Assembly: GCA_019750255.1 (NCBI GenBank)
Contig: JAIEOU010000009.1
Coordinates: 5,497-69,496, forward strand
Origin: Patescibacteria group bacterium
GTDB lineage: Bacteria; Patescibacteriota; Minisyncoccia; Phycocordibacterales; UBA918
Direction: 5' to 3'
Length of the DNA: 64,000 nucleotides
Below, one piece after another: positions 48,229-57,250 of this stretch. Within the stretch, counting starts at the first letter, position 1. Every line of letters starts with the position of its first letter. Made by a program: the position numbers and the translations under genes. The notes under the pieces are model-generated. The model was not told where the DNA came from. It searched no databases and saw only the letters and a list, made by a program, of their open reading frames with translations.

Positions 48229-49810
48229 CCCGTGCCACCACAGCACTTTCCTCTTCAATTACCCAGTCCGAGTATTGCTTAGTATCCTCGGCTGTTATGT
48301 CCGTTTTCTCTATTCGAGTGAAACGGTACACCACATAGCCAAGTACCGCGTACGCCACAATCACCCACCCGAAAGAAAACTGTGGTACCGGTACCGCGGC
48401 GTAAGGAACCGTCGCAAACAGCTGAGCTGTTTCAATGATGTAGGTAAGCACCAGAGTGGTTGGGTAGGCACTTACGGTTGCTACCGCGGGAACTACGAGC
48501 GCAGCCACGCCAGTGATAAAGGTAAGCATCATGGCAAAGGGTACGGCTGGTAACACCAAGACGTTAACGAGAAGCGCAATTAGTGAAACCTCGCCGATGT
48601 GATAGAGCAAAAGTGGAGTCACCGCCACCTGAGCGGCCAGGGTAGCGATAAAAAACTGACGCGAACTCATCATCCACTTCCCCTCAACAAACAATGTTTC
48701 AAGTTGGGGCGCTACCAGAATAAGTCCGAGCGTTGCCAGAAATGAAAACTGAAAGCCAATATCATACATAAGAAGCCACGGATTCCACACGAGCATGAGC
48801 ACACCCGCAAAAAGAAGCCCACGCAGGATGATGTAGCCTCGGCCAAAGGCCTGGGCAATGAGCGCGAGGGCGGCCATGGTAGCTGCCCGCACTACGGTGG
48901 CCGACAGACCAACAAGCAGCGTAAAGAGCGCAAGCGCAAGCAAGGCCAATACCACCCGCGGGCGCGGTGTGAGCAGGAAACTTAACAGGACCGTCACAAA
49001 GGTAACCACAAGCGCCAGGTTATATCCCGAGAGCACCACAATATGAATAATGCCGGTGGTGCGAAACGCATCCTCAATCTCTTCACCGAGTGACTGCTTT
49101 ACCCCTAAAAGTAGACCGACCCCCAGCCCCAGCGCTGGCTCAGGAAGCACGCGGGCAAGCGCAGATATAAATGTCTCTTTGAAGGAGTAGAGTCCCGCCA
49201 ACACGGTATTGCCTTGGGCCGAATTCAGCACCACTACCTCGTCAGGGAAGCTCATGCGGTACTCTACGCCACGCGCGCGTAAGTAGCCGGGATAGTTAAA
49301 CGTTCGCCCGAGATCGGTGGTAAATGACTCAGGAACTAAGAGCTGGCCGGTGACCAACACACGGTCCCCGAATGCAATTGCTTCATACCGATCGGTGGTA
49401 ACCAAGATAAGATTGTCCCCCATTTTGATATAAACGTGCAACGACTGTTCGCGCCGCTCCGGCTCGCGCGCCACGACACCCTCTAGGGTTATTTTGTTCC
49501 CCACCGCGGCCACAAGTGGTGAAACCCCCAGCTGCGACCACGCGTAATCTGTACGTACAACCCCGAGCGAAAAACCAACCCCAGCAGCACAGATCAAAAG
49601 GAGCGCAGGAGAAGCACCGTAGCGTCGGATGATAACGAGAAGCGCTGCACCAATAACGACGAGGAGACCCGCGAAAGCCAACGGTACCGCCAGAACTGTC
49701 CGTAGCGCCACACCAAGAGTAAATGCGAGCACTGTCGTATAAAAAACCTGGACGGCCGCCATACGATAATTATAGGGGAAGTATATAAAGAAAGCGCCGG
49801 CCTTGCGCAA
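48203..49810 (-). CDS. comEC: ComEC/Rec2 competence channel, membrane module (DUF4131 + Competence domains)
   Basis: 535-aa polytopic protein with the HIVVLSGYNLALV region characteristic of the ComEC competence domain. Confidence 0.8.
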   Translation of the reverse strand: MRKAGAFFIYFPYNYRMAAVQVFYTTVLAFTLGVALRTVLAVPLAFAGLLVVIGAALLVIIRRYGASPALLLICAAGVGFSLGVVRTDYAWSQLGVSPLVAAVGNKITLEGVVAREPERREQSLHVYIKMGDNLILVTTDRYEAIAFGDRVLVTGQLLVPESFTTDLGRTFNYPGYLRARGVEYRMSFPDEVVVLNSAQGNTVLAGLYSFKETFISALARVLPEPALGLGVGLLLGVKQSLGEEIEDAFRTTGIIHIVVLSGYNLALVVTFVTVLLSFLLTPRPRVVLALLALALFTLLVGLSATVVRAATMAALALIAQAFGRGYIILRGLLFAGVLMLVWNPWLLMYDIGFQFSFLATLGLILVAPQLETLFVEGKWMMSSRQFFIATLAAQVAVTPLLLYHIGEVSLIALLVNVLVLPAVPFAMMLTFITGVAALVVPAVATVSAYPTTLVLTYIIETAQLFATVPYAAVPVPQFSFGWVIVAYAVLGYVVYRFTRIEKTDITAEDTKQYSDWVIEEESAVVARVEKRKAAV

Positions 49811-50144
49811 GTAAGCGCAAGGCCGGGTATGTTGGTCGGCATCTCACCGACTGGTACTAAGGGGAAGGCGTCTCAGTCCCACGAGACCTGCGTGTTGATA
49901 TCGCGATCAGGGTCAAAGACACCCTCGATGTTCTTTTGTTCTGAATCAAAATTGTTCCGAGCGGACATATTTGGCGCTCCAGCGGGTTGTCTCACAAAGC
50001 ACGTTTGATACATCTGCGTCGCCCGGTGGCGGCGTCGACGACAGCCTGTTCTTAGTGCTGCTTTCAGACTACAAGCCGCACCGCTATCCGTCAACTGATC
50101 CCCACTGCGCAAGCAAAAAACCACCCCGCAGGATGGCTCGTAGT

Positions 50145-50178
50145 GGAGGCGGCCACATGGCCGCCTCCCATCTTTTAG
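50145..50178 (+). terminator. orphan hairpin with a T-tract, no upstream plus-strand gene
   Basis: GGAGGCGGCCacatGGCCGCCTCCcatctttt. Confidence 0.4.
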
Positions 50179-50194
50179 TAAGGTTCTGGTCAAC

Positions 50195-50443
50195 CTACAC
50201 GGGCTGGGTACCCGGAAGGTCCTTCATCTCGATGACACGGCCGCGGGGAATGATGCGCTTGTTCGCGCGACCGTTGGTCCCCACGACCACGATAGCGGCC
50301 TGGCCAGCCCTCCGCTTGGTCAGAGGCACACCCGTGCCCACCCTTCCGTCGCGCAGAATCACTTGCTTCTTCAATGAAACTGATCCTTCCCTCGGTTTTC
50401 CCCAATACAGTATCGGGGAATAAGCCACGAAAAACAGTAGCAA
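50195..50443 (-). CDS. hypothetical small basic protein
   Basis: 82-aa ORF between rnhA and comEC (..KKQVILRDGRVGTGVPLTKRRAGQAAIVVVGTNGR..). No confident family match. Confidence 0.3.
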   Translation of the reverse strand: MLLFFVAYSPILYWGKPREGSVSLKKQVILRDGRVGTGVPLTKRRAGQAAIVVVGTNGRANKRIIPRGRVIEMKDLPGTQPV

Positions 50444-50449
50444 GAGAAG

Positions 50450-50869
50450 CTACTTCCCGTCAAGGGCTTCATTCACCAGTCGATCGGCCTCCTTATTAAG
50501 CGCGCGTCGCACGTGGGTAAGCGTAAGGTGCGGGAAGTTGTCGACTCGTTCGTTATGAACCGCCAAGAATAGCGCCATGAGGCTTGGCTCTTTTACGCGA
50601 TACTCTCCGGTTATCTGCTTTTTCACCAGCTCACTATCAAGGCGCAATTCAAATTCCATAGTGGCAGTAGCCTCACCATAGAGTTGACGAAGAATATCGA
50701 GCGCGACAATCACCGCCTGGTACTCGGCATAGTTATTGGTGGCGTTTCCAATCGTCTGCTTATGCTCTCTTATCACTACGCCACTCGCGTCAGTGATGTA
50801 CACCCCAATCGCTGAGGGTCCGGGGTTTCCACGCGCGCCGCCGTCAGTATAGATGATTACTTTTTCCAT
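50450..50869 (-). CDS. rnhA: ribonuclease HI
   Basis: MEKVIIYTDGGARGNPGPSAIGV plus the DEDD residues. Confidence 0.85.
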   Translation of the reverse strand: MEKVIIYTDGGARGNPGPSAIGVYITDASGVVIREHKQTIGNATNNYAEYQAVIVALDILRQLYGEATATMEFELRLDSELVKKQITGEYRVKEPSLMALFLAVHNERVDNFPHLTLTHVRRALNKEADRLVNEALDGK

Positions 50870-50889
50870 AATTTAAAAGGTACCACGGG

Positions 50890-52560
50890 TTATGCTATCG
50901 CACCACCAGCCACATCTGTCGACAAGATATCTATAATCCGTAAGCGGACCTGCCGACGGTTCATGAAATACGATTCCTCAACATGGGCAAGGAGCGAGAT
51001 CGGTACACCGGCTTGTGGCCGCACAGTAAAGCTGTCAAGGCCAGCAAAAAACGCAATCGCTTCAAGAGTCCCGCGGTCACGCTGAAAGACGAGCTTAAGA
51101 TGATCTTTAGCTTTACCAAAGACTTCTACCTTTTCTGGTAGTACCTTTGAAAAGGAAAACAGGGGCTTTGGGTTACCGGTACCATAGGGCGCTAGAGTAC
51201 GGAGCATGGACACGAGCGAATCGTTAACCTCACCAAGAGTCAGGTCTGCCTCGGGTAGGCGATCTTGTTTTATAAGTACCGCCTCACCAAGCGCAGCGTA
51301 GTGTTCATTAAGTAGTTCACCGAAGGTAAAAATGTGTTCGTCTCGGACCGAGAAGCCTCCGGAAAAGTGGTGGCCCCCATGCTCGTGAAAGAGGTGCGCA
51401 GCGGCTTCCATGAGACGCACGACGCTCGCTCCTCCGCCTGACCGGCAAGAACCCTTGTAGACATCATTACCATCTCGCCCCCAGAGAAAAGCCGGCCGAC
51501 CATATTCCTCGGCGAGCTTATTCGCTGCGAGCCCTACGAGTGCCGGCCGCCAGTCAGGAGAACCGAATACCAGCACGGGCGGTAGCGGATCAGTATGTGA
51601 CTTGAGACGCTCGTGGATTTCGCGCGTCATCAATGCCACCGCCGCTTTGCGCTTTAGGTTCAGTTCTTCCAGATGATTGACCCGCACACCGGCATCAAGC
51701 TCATCGGTCGCCGCTAGCATATAAAAGGCCTCTTTTGGTTCACCCATACGCGAGGCGGCGTTAATCCGGGGTCCAATGGAAAAGCCAATATCATCTTCCG
51801 TCAAAAGTCGCTGGTCGAGTTTCTGCTTACGAAGAAGTTTTTGTAGTCCTGGTCGCCGAGACTTCCGGAGGACCATAAGGCCATAGTGTGCGAACACCCG
51901 ATTCTCACCAATGAGCGGCACCATATCAGCAATCGTGGCGATACCCACCATATCAAGCAGCCACTTCTCTTTTCCGGGAGGGAGTGCAAAGCCGCCACGA
52001 GCAATAATCGCCTGAACAAGCTTGAACACCACCGCACTGCCACACAGTTCGGTAAACGGATAGGTGCCAAGTTTTGGGTTTACGATCGCCACTGCCGCAG
52101 GCAACTCATGGCCAGGTTCATGATGGTCAGTAATAATCACATCAATACCAAGTAAGCGTGCGTGCGTTACCGCTTCACTATTTGTAGTTCCACAATCAAT
52201 CGTAATTACGAGGGCTGTGGAACTTTTGTGTAGGGTATCGATGGCGCTCGTAGACAGTCCAAATCCCTCGAAGTGTCGATGTGGAATATAGTTCTCAAAA
52301 TTAGTGTACCCAATCGCCACAAAAAAATCGTGGAGCACCACTGCACCTGGAATTCCGTCACAGTCATAATCACTAAATATTGCAATGTGCTCGTCGGCCG
52401 CTATAGCAGCCAGAATGCGCGCGACCGCTTTCTCCATATCATGAAGCAGAAACGGGTCGTGCAGGTGTTCGTCAAACAAAGGCGTAAGAAATCGCTCAAT
52501 GTCGGTCGGATCAGTAAGGTTGCGGTTCTTTAGGAGCGTATCAATAAGCGAGGAGGGCAT
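50890..52560 (-). CDS. recJ: single-stranded-DNA-specific exonuclease RecJ (DHH/DHHA1)
   Basis: IAIFSDYDCDGI, ITDHHEP and the DHHA1 GGGH region. Start trimmed to MPSSLID to avoid convergence with the HIT gene. Confidence 0.8.
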   Translation of the reverse strand: MPSSLIDTLLKNRNLTDPTDIERFLTPLFDEHLHDPFLLHDMEKAVARILAAIAADEHIAIFSDYDCDGIPGAVVLHDFFVAIGYTNFENYIPHRHFEGFGLSTSAIDTLHKSSTALVITIDCGTTNSEAVTHARLLGIDVIITDHHEPGHELPAAVAIVNPKLGTYPFTELCGSAVVFKLVQAIIARGGFALPPGKEKWLLDMVGIATIADMVPLIGENRVFAHYGLMVLRKSRRPGLQKLLRKQKLDQRLLTEDDIGFSIGPRINAASRMGEPKEAFYMLAATDELDAGVRVNHLEELNLKRKAAVALMTREIHERLKSHTDPLPPVLVFGSPDWRPALVGLAANKLAEEYGRPAFLWGRDGNDVYKGSCRSGGGASVVRLMEAAAHLFHEHGGHHFSGGFSVRDEHIFTFGELLNEHYAALGEAVLIKQDRLPEADLTLGEVNDSLVSMLRTLAPYGTGNPKPLFSFSKVLPEKVEVFGKAKDHLKLVFQRDRGTLEAIAFFAGLDSFTVRPQAGVPISLLAHVEESYFMNRRQVRLRIIDILSTDVAGGAIA

Positions 52561-52608
52561 ACGCGAGTAGTGGTTGCTATGGTACCATGTCCCACATAAT
52601 TTTATTGT

Positions 52609-53010
52609 ATGACTACGATTTTTGAAAAAATTATCGCCCGTGAGGTACCGGCTGACATTATTTATGAAGATGATACGGTACTGGTATTTCTGGATATAAA
52701 GCCAGTCCATCTGGGACATGCCCTCGTTGTACCTAAGGTACCCTTTGTTAATATCTTTGATGGCGATTCAGAGGTGCTTGCGCACATGATGAAAGTTGCG
52801 ACTCAAGTAGGTCAGCGCCAACAGACGGTACTGGGGGCTCATGGCGTTAATTTTATTATGAACAACGGTGCTGCTGCCGGCCAAGAAGTTTTTCATGCTC
52901 ACCTCCACGTCATCCCTCGCTTTATGGGTGACAAGGTCTTTACACCCCCGACGCACGAAAACCTGACCCCCGAGGAGATTACCGCGGTGGCAGCAAGGCT
53001 ACAAATGTAA
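52609..53010 (+). CDS. HIT-family hydrolase
   Basis: HAHLHVIPR histidine triad. Confidence 0.85.
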   Translation: MTTIFEKIIAREVPADIIYEDDTVLVFLDIKPVHLGHALVVPKVPFVNIFDGDSEVLAHMMKVATQVGQRQQTVLGAHGVNFIMNNGAAAGQEVFHAHLHVIPRFMGDKVFTPPTHENLTPEEITAVAARLQM

Positions 53011-53048
53011 CCTGACAAAAACAGCCGAGACACTAGTTCGTGTCTCGG
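53005..53048. terminator. bidirectional intrinsic terminator
   Basis: aaaaACAGCCGAGACACtagttcGTGTCTCGGCTGTtttt. Confidence 0.85.
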
Positions 53049-53067
53049 CTGTTTTTGTAGAAATTTT

Positions 53068-54195
53068 TTACTTTTTCAATAGATCAATCGCTTCGGTACT
53101 CCCATGCTCGAGATACGTGAGCATCGCGCCACCACCAATGGAGACGAAGCCTAGATTGTCGTTAAGCCCAAGCTTTTCAATAGCCGCCACGGTATCGCCA
53201 CCACCTACCACCGAGAAAGCAGTCACCTCTGCAAGTGTCTGTGCAGTCAGCTCAGTGGTTTCAACAAAACCCGCTTCATAGTTTCCAAACGGCCCATTCC
53301 AGAGCACAGTCTTTGCCTGTTTCATCAACTCAACCAATTGCTCCATTGTTTTGGGTCCAGCATCCATAATTTTATCGGTACTTTGTACCGCATCAATGAA
53401 ACGCACCGCTCGCTCACCAGCGTCCGTCAACACCACCACATCAATCGGAATAATGAGTTTCGGATTATTAAGAAACGGAGCACCGACCAATGAAACATCA
53501 GAAACGAGAGAGGTTCCTACTTCGTATCCCCGAGCCTTCATGATGTCGTGCACAAGTGCGCCGCCGATAAATACCTGGTCATAATTAGCGAGGTACTTCT
53601 CCACCAATGGCATCTTCGTTTCAAACTTCGCCCCACCCAGAAGAAATAAAGAGGGGTGCTGCGGAACCATTGCTTTCGCGAGCTCGACCACCTCTTGTGC
53701 CAGCGTGATGCCAGCGTACGCCGGGAGTAGTGTTGCTACGCCCACAGTGGAGACGTGCGCACGATGCGCTTCAGCGAAACCATCATTTACATACACCTCA
53801 CCAAAGGACGCAATGAGAGACGCGAGCGTCACATCATTTTCTTCCTCTCGGCCGTCCTGTCGCAAATTTTCGCACAAGACAATATCACCATCGTTCATAG
53901 CATCATGCGTCGCACTAAATTCTGGCGCAGTGATTGGTCCGCCCCAAGTAAGGGGCAGCCGTGACTCTAGGGCTTTGAACACCGGATAGAGGGTTTCATC
54001 GTCCTTCCGGCCAATGTGAGAAATTACAATCGTCCGTGCTCCTTGTGCGCGTAAATACTCGAGCGTAGGCAGTGCGCGCAGCAGACGAAAGAGGTTGCGC
54101 GGTTTTCCCTCTTCAAGGGGGATATTAAACGAGGAGCGAACGATGACGTATTTCGATGCGAGGTCAGTGCGGGAAGTCAATAAGCGTAACTCCAT
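53068..54195 (-). CDS. pgk: phosphoglycerate kinase
   Basis: 375 aa; PGK N- and C-domain motifs (SHIGR, GGGDT). Confidence 0.9.
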   Translation of the reverse strand: MELRLLTSRTDLASKYVIVRSSFNIPLEEGKPRNLFRLLRALPTLEYLRAQGARTIVISHIGRKDDETLYPVFKALESRLPLTWGGPITAPEFSATHDAMNDGDIVLCENLRQDGREEENDVTLASLIASFGEVYVNDGFAEAHRAHVSTVGVATLLPAYAGITLAQEVVELAKAMVPQHPSLFLLGGAKFETKMPLVEKYLANYDQVFIGGALVHDIMKARGYEVGTSLVSDVSLVGAPFLNNPKLIIPIDVVVLTDAGERAVRFIDAVQSTDKIMDAGPKTMEQLVELMKQAKTVLWNGPFGNYEAGFVETTELTAQTLAEVTAFSVVGGGDTVAAIEKLGLNDNLGFVSIGGGAMLTYLEHGSTEAIDLLKK

Positions 54196-54198
54196 AAA

Positions 54199-54978
54199 TT
54201 ATTTAGAGACTGAACGGACAATACTTATAAAATCATCCGGCTTGAGACTCGCGCCTCCAACCAGGAAGCCATGCATCCCGCCGCCCTCATGGAGCGCCTT
54301 CGCATTATCGGGCTTAACTGATCCTCCGTAAATAATACGTACCCGTTTTCCGGTGGGGCGATCGTAGAGTTTGGTGAGGACGGTAGTAATAAACAACTGC
54401 ATCTCCTTCACATCGTCTGGAGTCGCCGTCTTCCCGGTACCGATAGCCCAGATTGGCTCGTAAGCAATAACGACCTGTGCCATCTGACGCGCAGTGAGTC
54501 CGGTCGCCAAGGAACGGAGCTGGGCTTCCACAAAACCATAGAACTTTGCCTGACCGTCACGTTCACTCTCACCAATACACACGACGGGCACCAGCTTGCG
54601 TTTCAGTACAGCGTGGATTTTTTTATTGATAACCTCATCAGTTTCCCCTTTTGCGCGCCGTTCTGAATGTCCAATAATGACATGCGATACACCAAATGAA
54701 GCGAGCATCGTCGCCGAAACCTCGCCCGTATGCGCACCGCTCTCTTCATAAAATACATCCTGGGCCGCTACAGGAAGGCGACCGGCCGGTGATAGCCGCG
54801 TAAGGTCAGGAATAAATGGAAATGGTGGTGCTACGACGACGGTCACTGACTCATCCTTCTTTAGCTGCTTGCGGACAGCCAAGAACAAAGCCTTGGTTTC
54901 AGCACTGGTGGTCGGATTTAGCTTCCAATTGCCAATAACAAGCGGGGTTGGTGATGACATACAGAACAATCTTAGCAT
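54199..54978 (-). CDS. tpiA: triosephosphate isomerase
   Basis: IGNWKLN, GHSERR and GGASLK. Confidence 0.9.
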   Translation of the reverse strand: MLRLFCMSSPTPLVIGNWKLNPTTSAETKALFLAVRKQLKKDESVTVVVAPPFPFIPDLTRLSPAGRLPVAAQDVFYEESGAHTGEVSATMLASFGVSHVIIGHSERRAKGETDEVINKKIHAVLKRKLVPVVCIGESERDGQAKFYGFVEAQLRSLATGLTARQMAQVVIAYEPIWAIGTGKTATPDDVKEMQLFITTVLTKLYDRPTGKRVRIIYGGSVKPDNAKALHEGGGMHGFLVGGASLKPDDFISIVRSVSK

Positions 54979-55204
54979 GTCGATTCATCAACAATCAGCA
55001 CCTAAAGTCGATTTATTAATTAGCTACAAAACACCCTAGGTAAGACTAACTGAAGCAGGGGGTAGATTTATACGTACCATTTTAAAACTAAGTGGAAGAC
55101 CGGTGCAGCTGCGCGGCGTCTAAGAGCAGAAATATGAGGCGTACTTCTTGTACGATGATTATTTCTGCGATTCAGACTACAAAGCAGATGTGCCGGTGTT
55201 GCAC

Positions 55205-56638
55205 TTAGTCCGCTTCGCGCCAATCGCGAAAGACATACACATCCGAAGTCTGCGGCACCAGCGGGGGTGGGTTTTCTACCAGGTCACGGTCGTAGGTATT
55301 GAAACGAAAACGAAAACCCGAGTTGTAGCCACCAGTACAACCAGATCCAGTCCATTGGGTACCGACACGTCCATTTGAAACTATCGTACCGTTCATCGTG
55401 AGCGAGTTACGACAGCGACTACCACCGTTACTGTTGACCACGTATTGATTGCGGCCAAACTTACCGTTTTGAGCAATAAAAATACCATTTATGGTCATAT
55501 CATTAGGCACATCGTAGCCAACAAGCATATCTTGCTCCGCCACCGCGAGGAGGCCGGACGAGGAACTGTTGTAGGTAATATTTCCGTTTAGTACCATCGA
55601 GTAATCATTCCCAGGAGTATCAGGGTCAGCTGCCGCAATGGTAACTCGTTGGTTTACCACACTGTCTTCGATCCACACTTTGTCTTCAGCAAAAATTAAA
55701 GGGCAGTCGGGATTAATAGTATAGATGGTCGCAGTATTAAGCGTACGAATCAGATTATTAGCGGTATACCACACCCCCGCTTCAGTGGAAAATTCATCAT
55801 GACTCCAGGTTCTGTCTACCACGCGCACCGAAATGGTACCGTTGGAGTTAAAATTAATTTGGTAGCCCTCATCACCAGAGTCCGGTAAATAAATTCCACC
55901 GGCGTTTTGCGCCCGGTCCTTCATCTGGGCAATGCCAATCATCAAGCCGGTAAAGTTAATAGGTGCTGAAGGAAAAGAAAACAGTGCCTGATTCGCATTG
56001 GCGGTCGTGGTAAAGACACCATTGCGATTGCCACTTGGGGTGCAGCCGAATGATCCCGTACAACTCCACGTCGCTTGGCCGCTTGTCACCGTAGAGAGGT
56101 TGGTGCCGTCCATGCGAATGCCGCCATTGCTGTGATAGGGCCCAATAATATTTAAACTTGGCCCCGCCCACACATTACTATTAATAATGTACGCGTATTC
56201 GGCGACGGTTGGCCTCGAATAAAGGACGCTCACCGTACGCTTGAGTGCTGGCCGGGCGTACGTATGACCGGTCGACTCCACAAATATTGAAGCGACCTGC
56301 CCACAGTAGGTGCTACTCGCAACCTCTAGCGAGAACTCACCTATCGCCGCCCCCTCAGGGTCAAAGTACTGCTGCACATACGGTCCTGGTGCATTGGTGC
56401 CATTAGTGACGTCACCGGGATAGTGCGCGAGAAACCAGCGGTAATAATTTAGTCCCGCCTCGGCAATATCAACCGCCCGTTGTACCTCGAGCCGCGCCGT
56501 CACTACCTGACTCTGCCCGACGACATACCCAAGGGTCGACGATAGAACAACAAACAGGATGGAGCCAAACACGAGCACGAGCACGAGCAAGTACCCTCCT
56601 TTTGTCCGCCACGACTCTGCATTAGAAGAACACATCAT
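55205..56638 (-). CDS. PilX N-terminal domain protein (pilus-associated, large beta-rich C-terminal region)
   Basis: TM helix, then QVVTARLEVQRAVDIAEAGL is the PilX_N consensus. Last gene of pilus locus 2. Confidence 0.55.
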   Translation of the reverse strand: MMCSSNAESWRTKGGYLLVLVLVFGSILFVVLSSTLGYVVGQSQVVTARLEVQRAVDIAEAGLNYYRWFLAHYPGDVTNGTNAPGPYVQQYFDPEGAAIGEFSLEVASSTYCGQVASIFVESTGHTYARPALKRTVSVLYSRPTVAEYAYIINSNVWAGPSLNIIGPYHSNGGIRMDGTNLSTVTSGQATWSCTGSFGCTPSGNRNGVFTTTANANQALFSFPSAPINFTGLMIGIAQMKDRAQNAGGIYLPDSGDEGYQINFNSNGTISVRVVDRTWSHDEFSTEAGVWYTANNLIRTLNTATIYTINPDCPLIFAEDKVWIEDSVVNQRVTIAAADPDTPGNDYSMVLNGNITYNSSSSGLLAVAEQDMLVGYDVPNDMTINGIFIAQNGKFGRNQYVVNSNGGSRCRNSLTMNGTIVSNGRVGTQWTGSGCTGGYNSGFRFRFNTYDRDLVENPPPLVPQTSDVYVFRDWREAD

Positions 56639-57249
56639 AGATTGTCTTTAAGGTTACGTGGTGCCGCGCTTGAACGCAAGACGAATTCTCCCGGCGAGCG
56701 GATAGGGTCAATGTTTACAATCAAGTGCACCTGGATATAACGAACATCGGTTAAGAGACCGGTTGGCGCAACCGCCACTCCAGCAGCATTAAAGTAGCGA
56801 AAGGTCGAGGTGGCCTGTACCAGATTTTGGACGAACTCAGAAATAATAAACGTCCGGCTCGGCGTTGAGGTTGAATATGAGGACGTAGCGCTTGGCTCGT
56901 ACGTGTATTTATACAGCGTGGTTGAAGCGAGCGAATAAACCACGTACTCAATGACACTATCCTTATCAACATCACTGTAAAAACCGATCCGGTTTGGCTC
57001 CATGATGGCAACGGGCCAGGTACCCTCTGCCGACGGAATCATTTCACGCGCATCTTTTGTCCAAGTAGTGAGACCACGCCGGGCGGTATCCACCTCTTGC
57101 GCCTGGGCTACGGCATACGAGTTTGTTTGGTATAAAAAACTAACGGTGCTGGTGACGGAAATCATCAGTACCGCGTAAATCGCAATCACAACAATTACCT
57201 CAACCAGAGTCATTCCACTACGATATAGATACGGTCGAAACACATTCAT
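56635..57249 (-). CDS. pilin/pseudopilin-like protein
   Basis: YRSG|MTLVEVIVVIAIYAVLM prepilin motif. Confidence 0.7.
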   Translation of the reverse strand: MNVFRPYLYRSGMTLVEVIVVIAIYAVLMISVTSTVSFLYQTNSYAVAQAQEVDTARRGLTTWTKDAREMIPSAEGTWPVAIMEPNRIGFYSDVDKDSVIEYVVYSLASTTLYKYTYEPSATSSYSTSTPSRTFIISEFVQNLVQATSTFRYFNAAGVAVAPTGLLTDVRYIQVHLIVNIDPIRSPGEFVLRSSAAPRNLKDNL

Positions 57250-57250
57250 A

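Noticed and set aside
49850-50180. tmRNA, RNase P RNA or SRP RNA in the comEC upstream region
   Set aside because: No tRNA-like T-arm/CCA end, no RNase P P4 consensus and no SRP domain IV motif could be recognised. Reported only as an unassigned region.
50195-50443. Possibility that the 82-aa ORF is ribosomal protein L27, L19 or IF-1
   Set aside because: Compared by eye with the L27, L19 and IF-1 consensus, the conserved motifs are absent. Left as hypothetical at low confidence.
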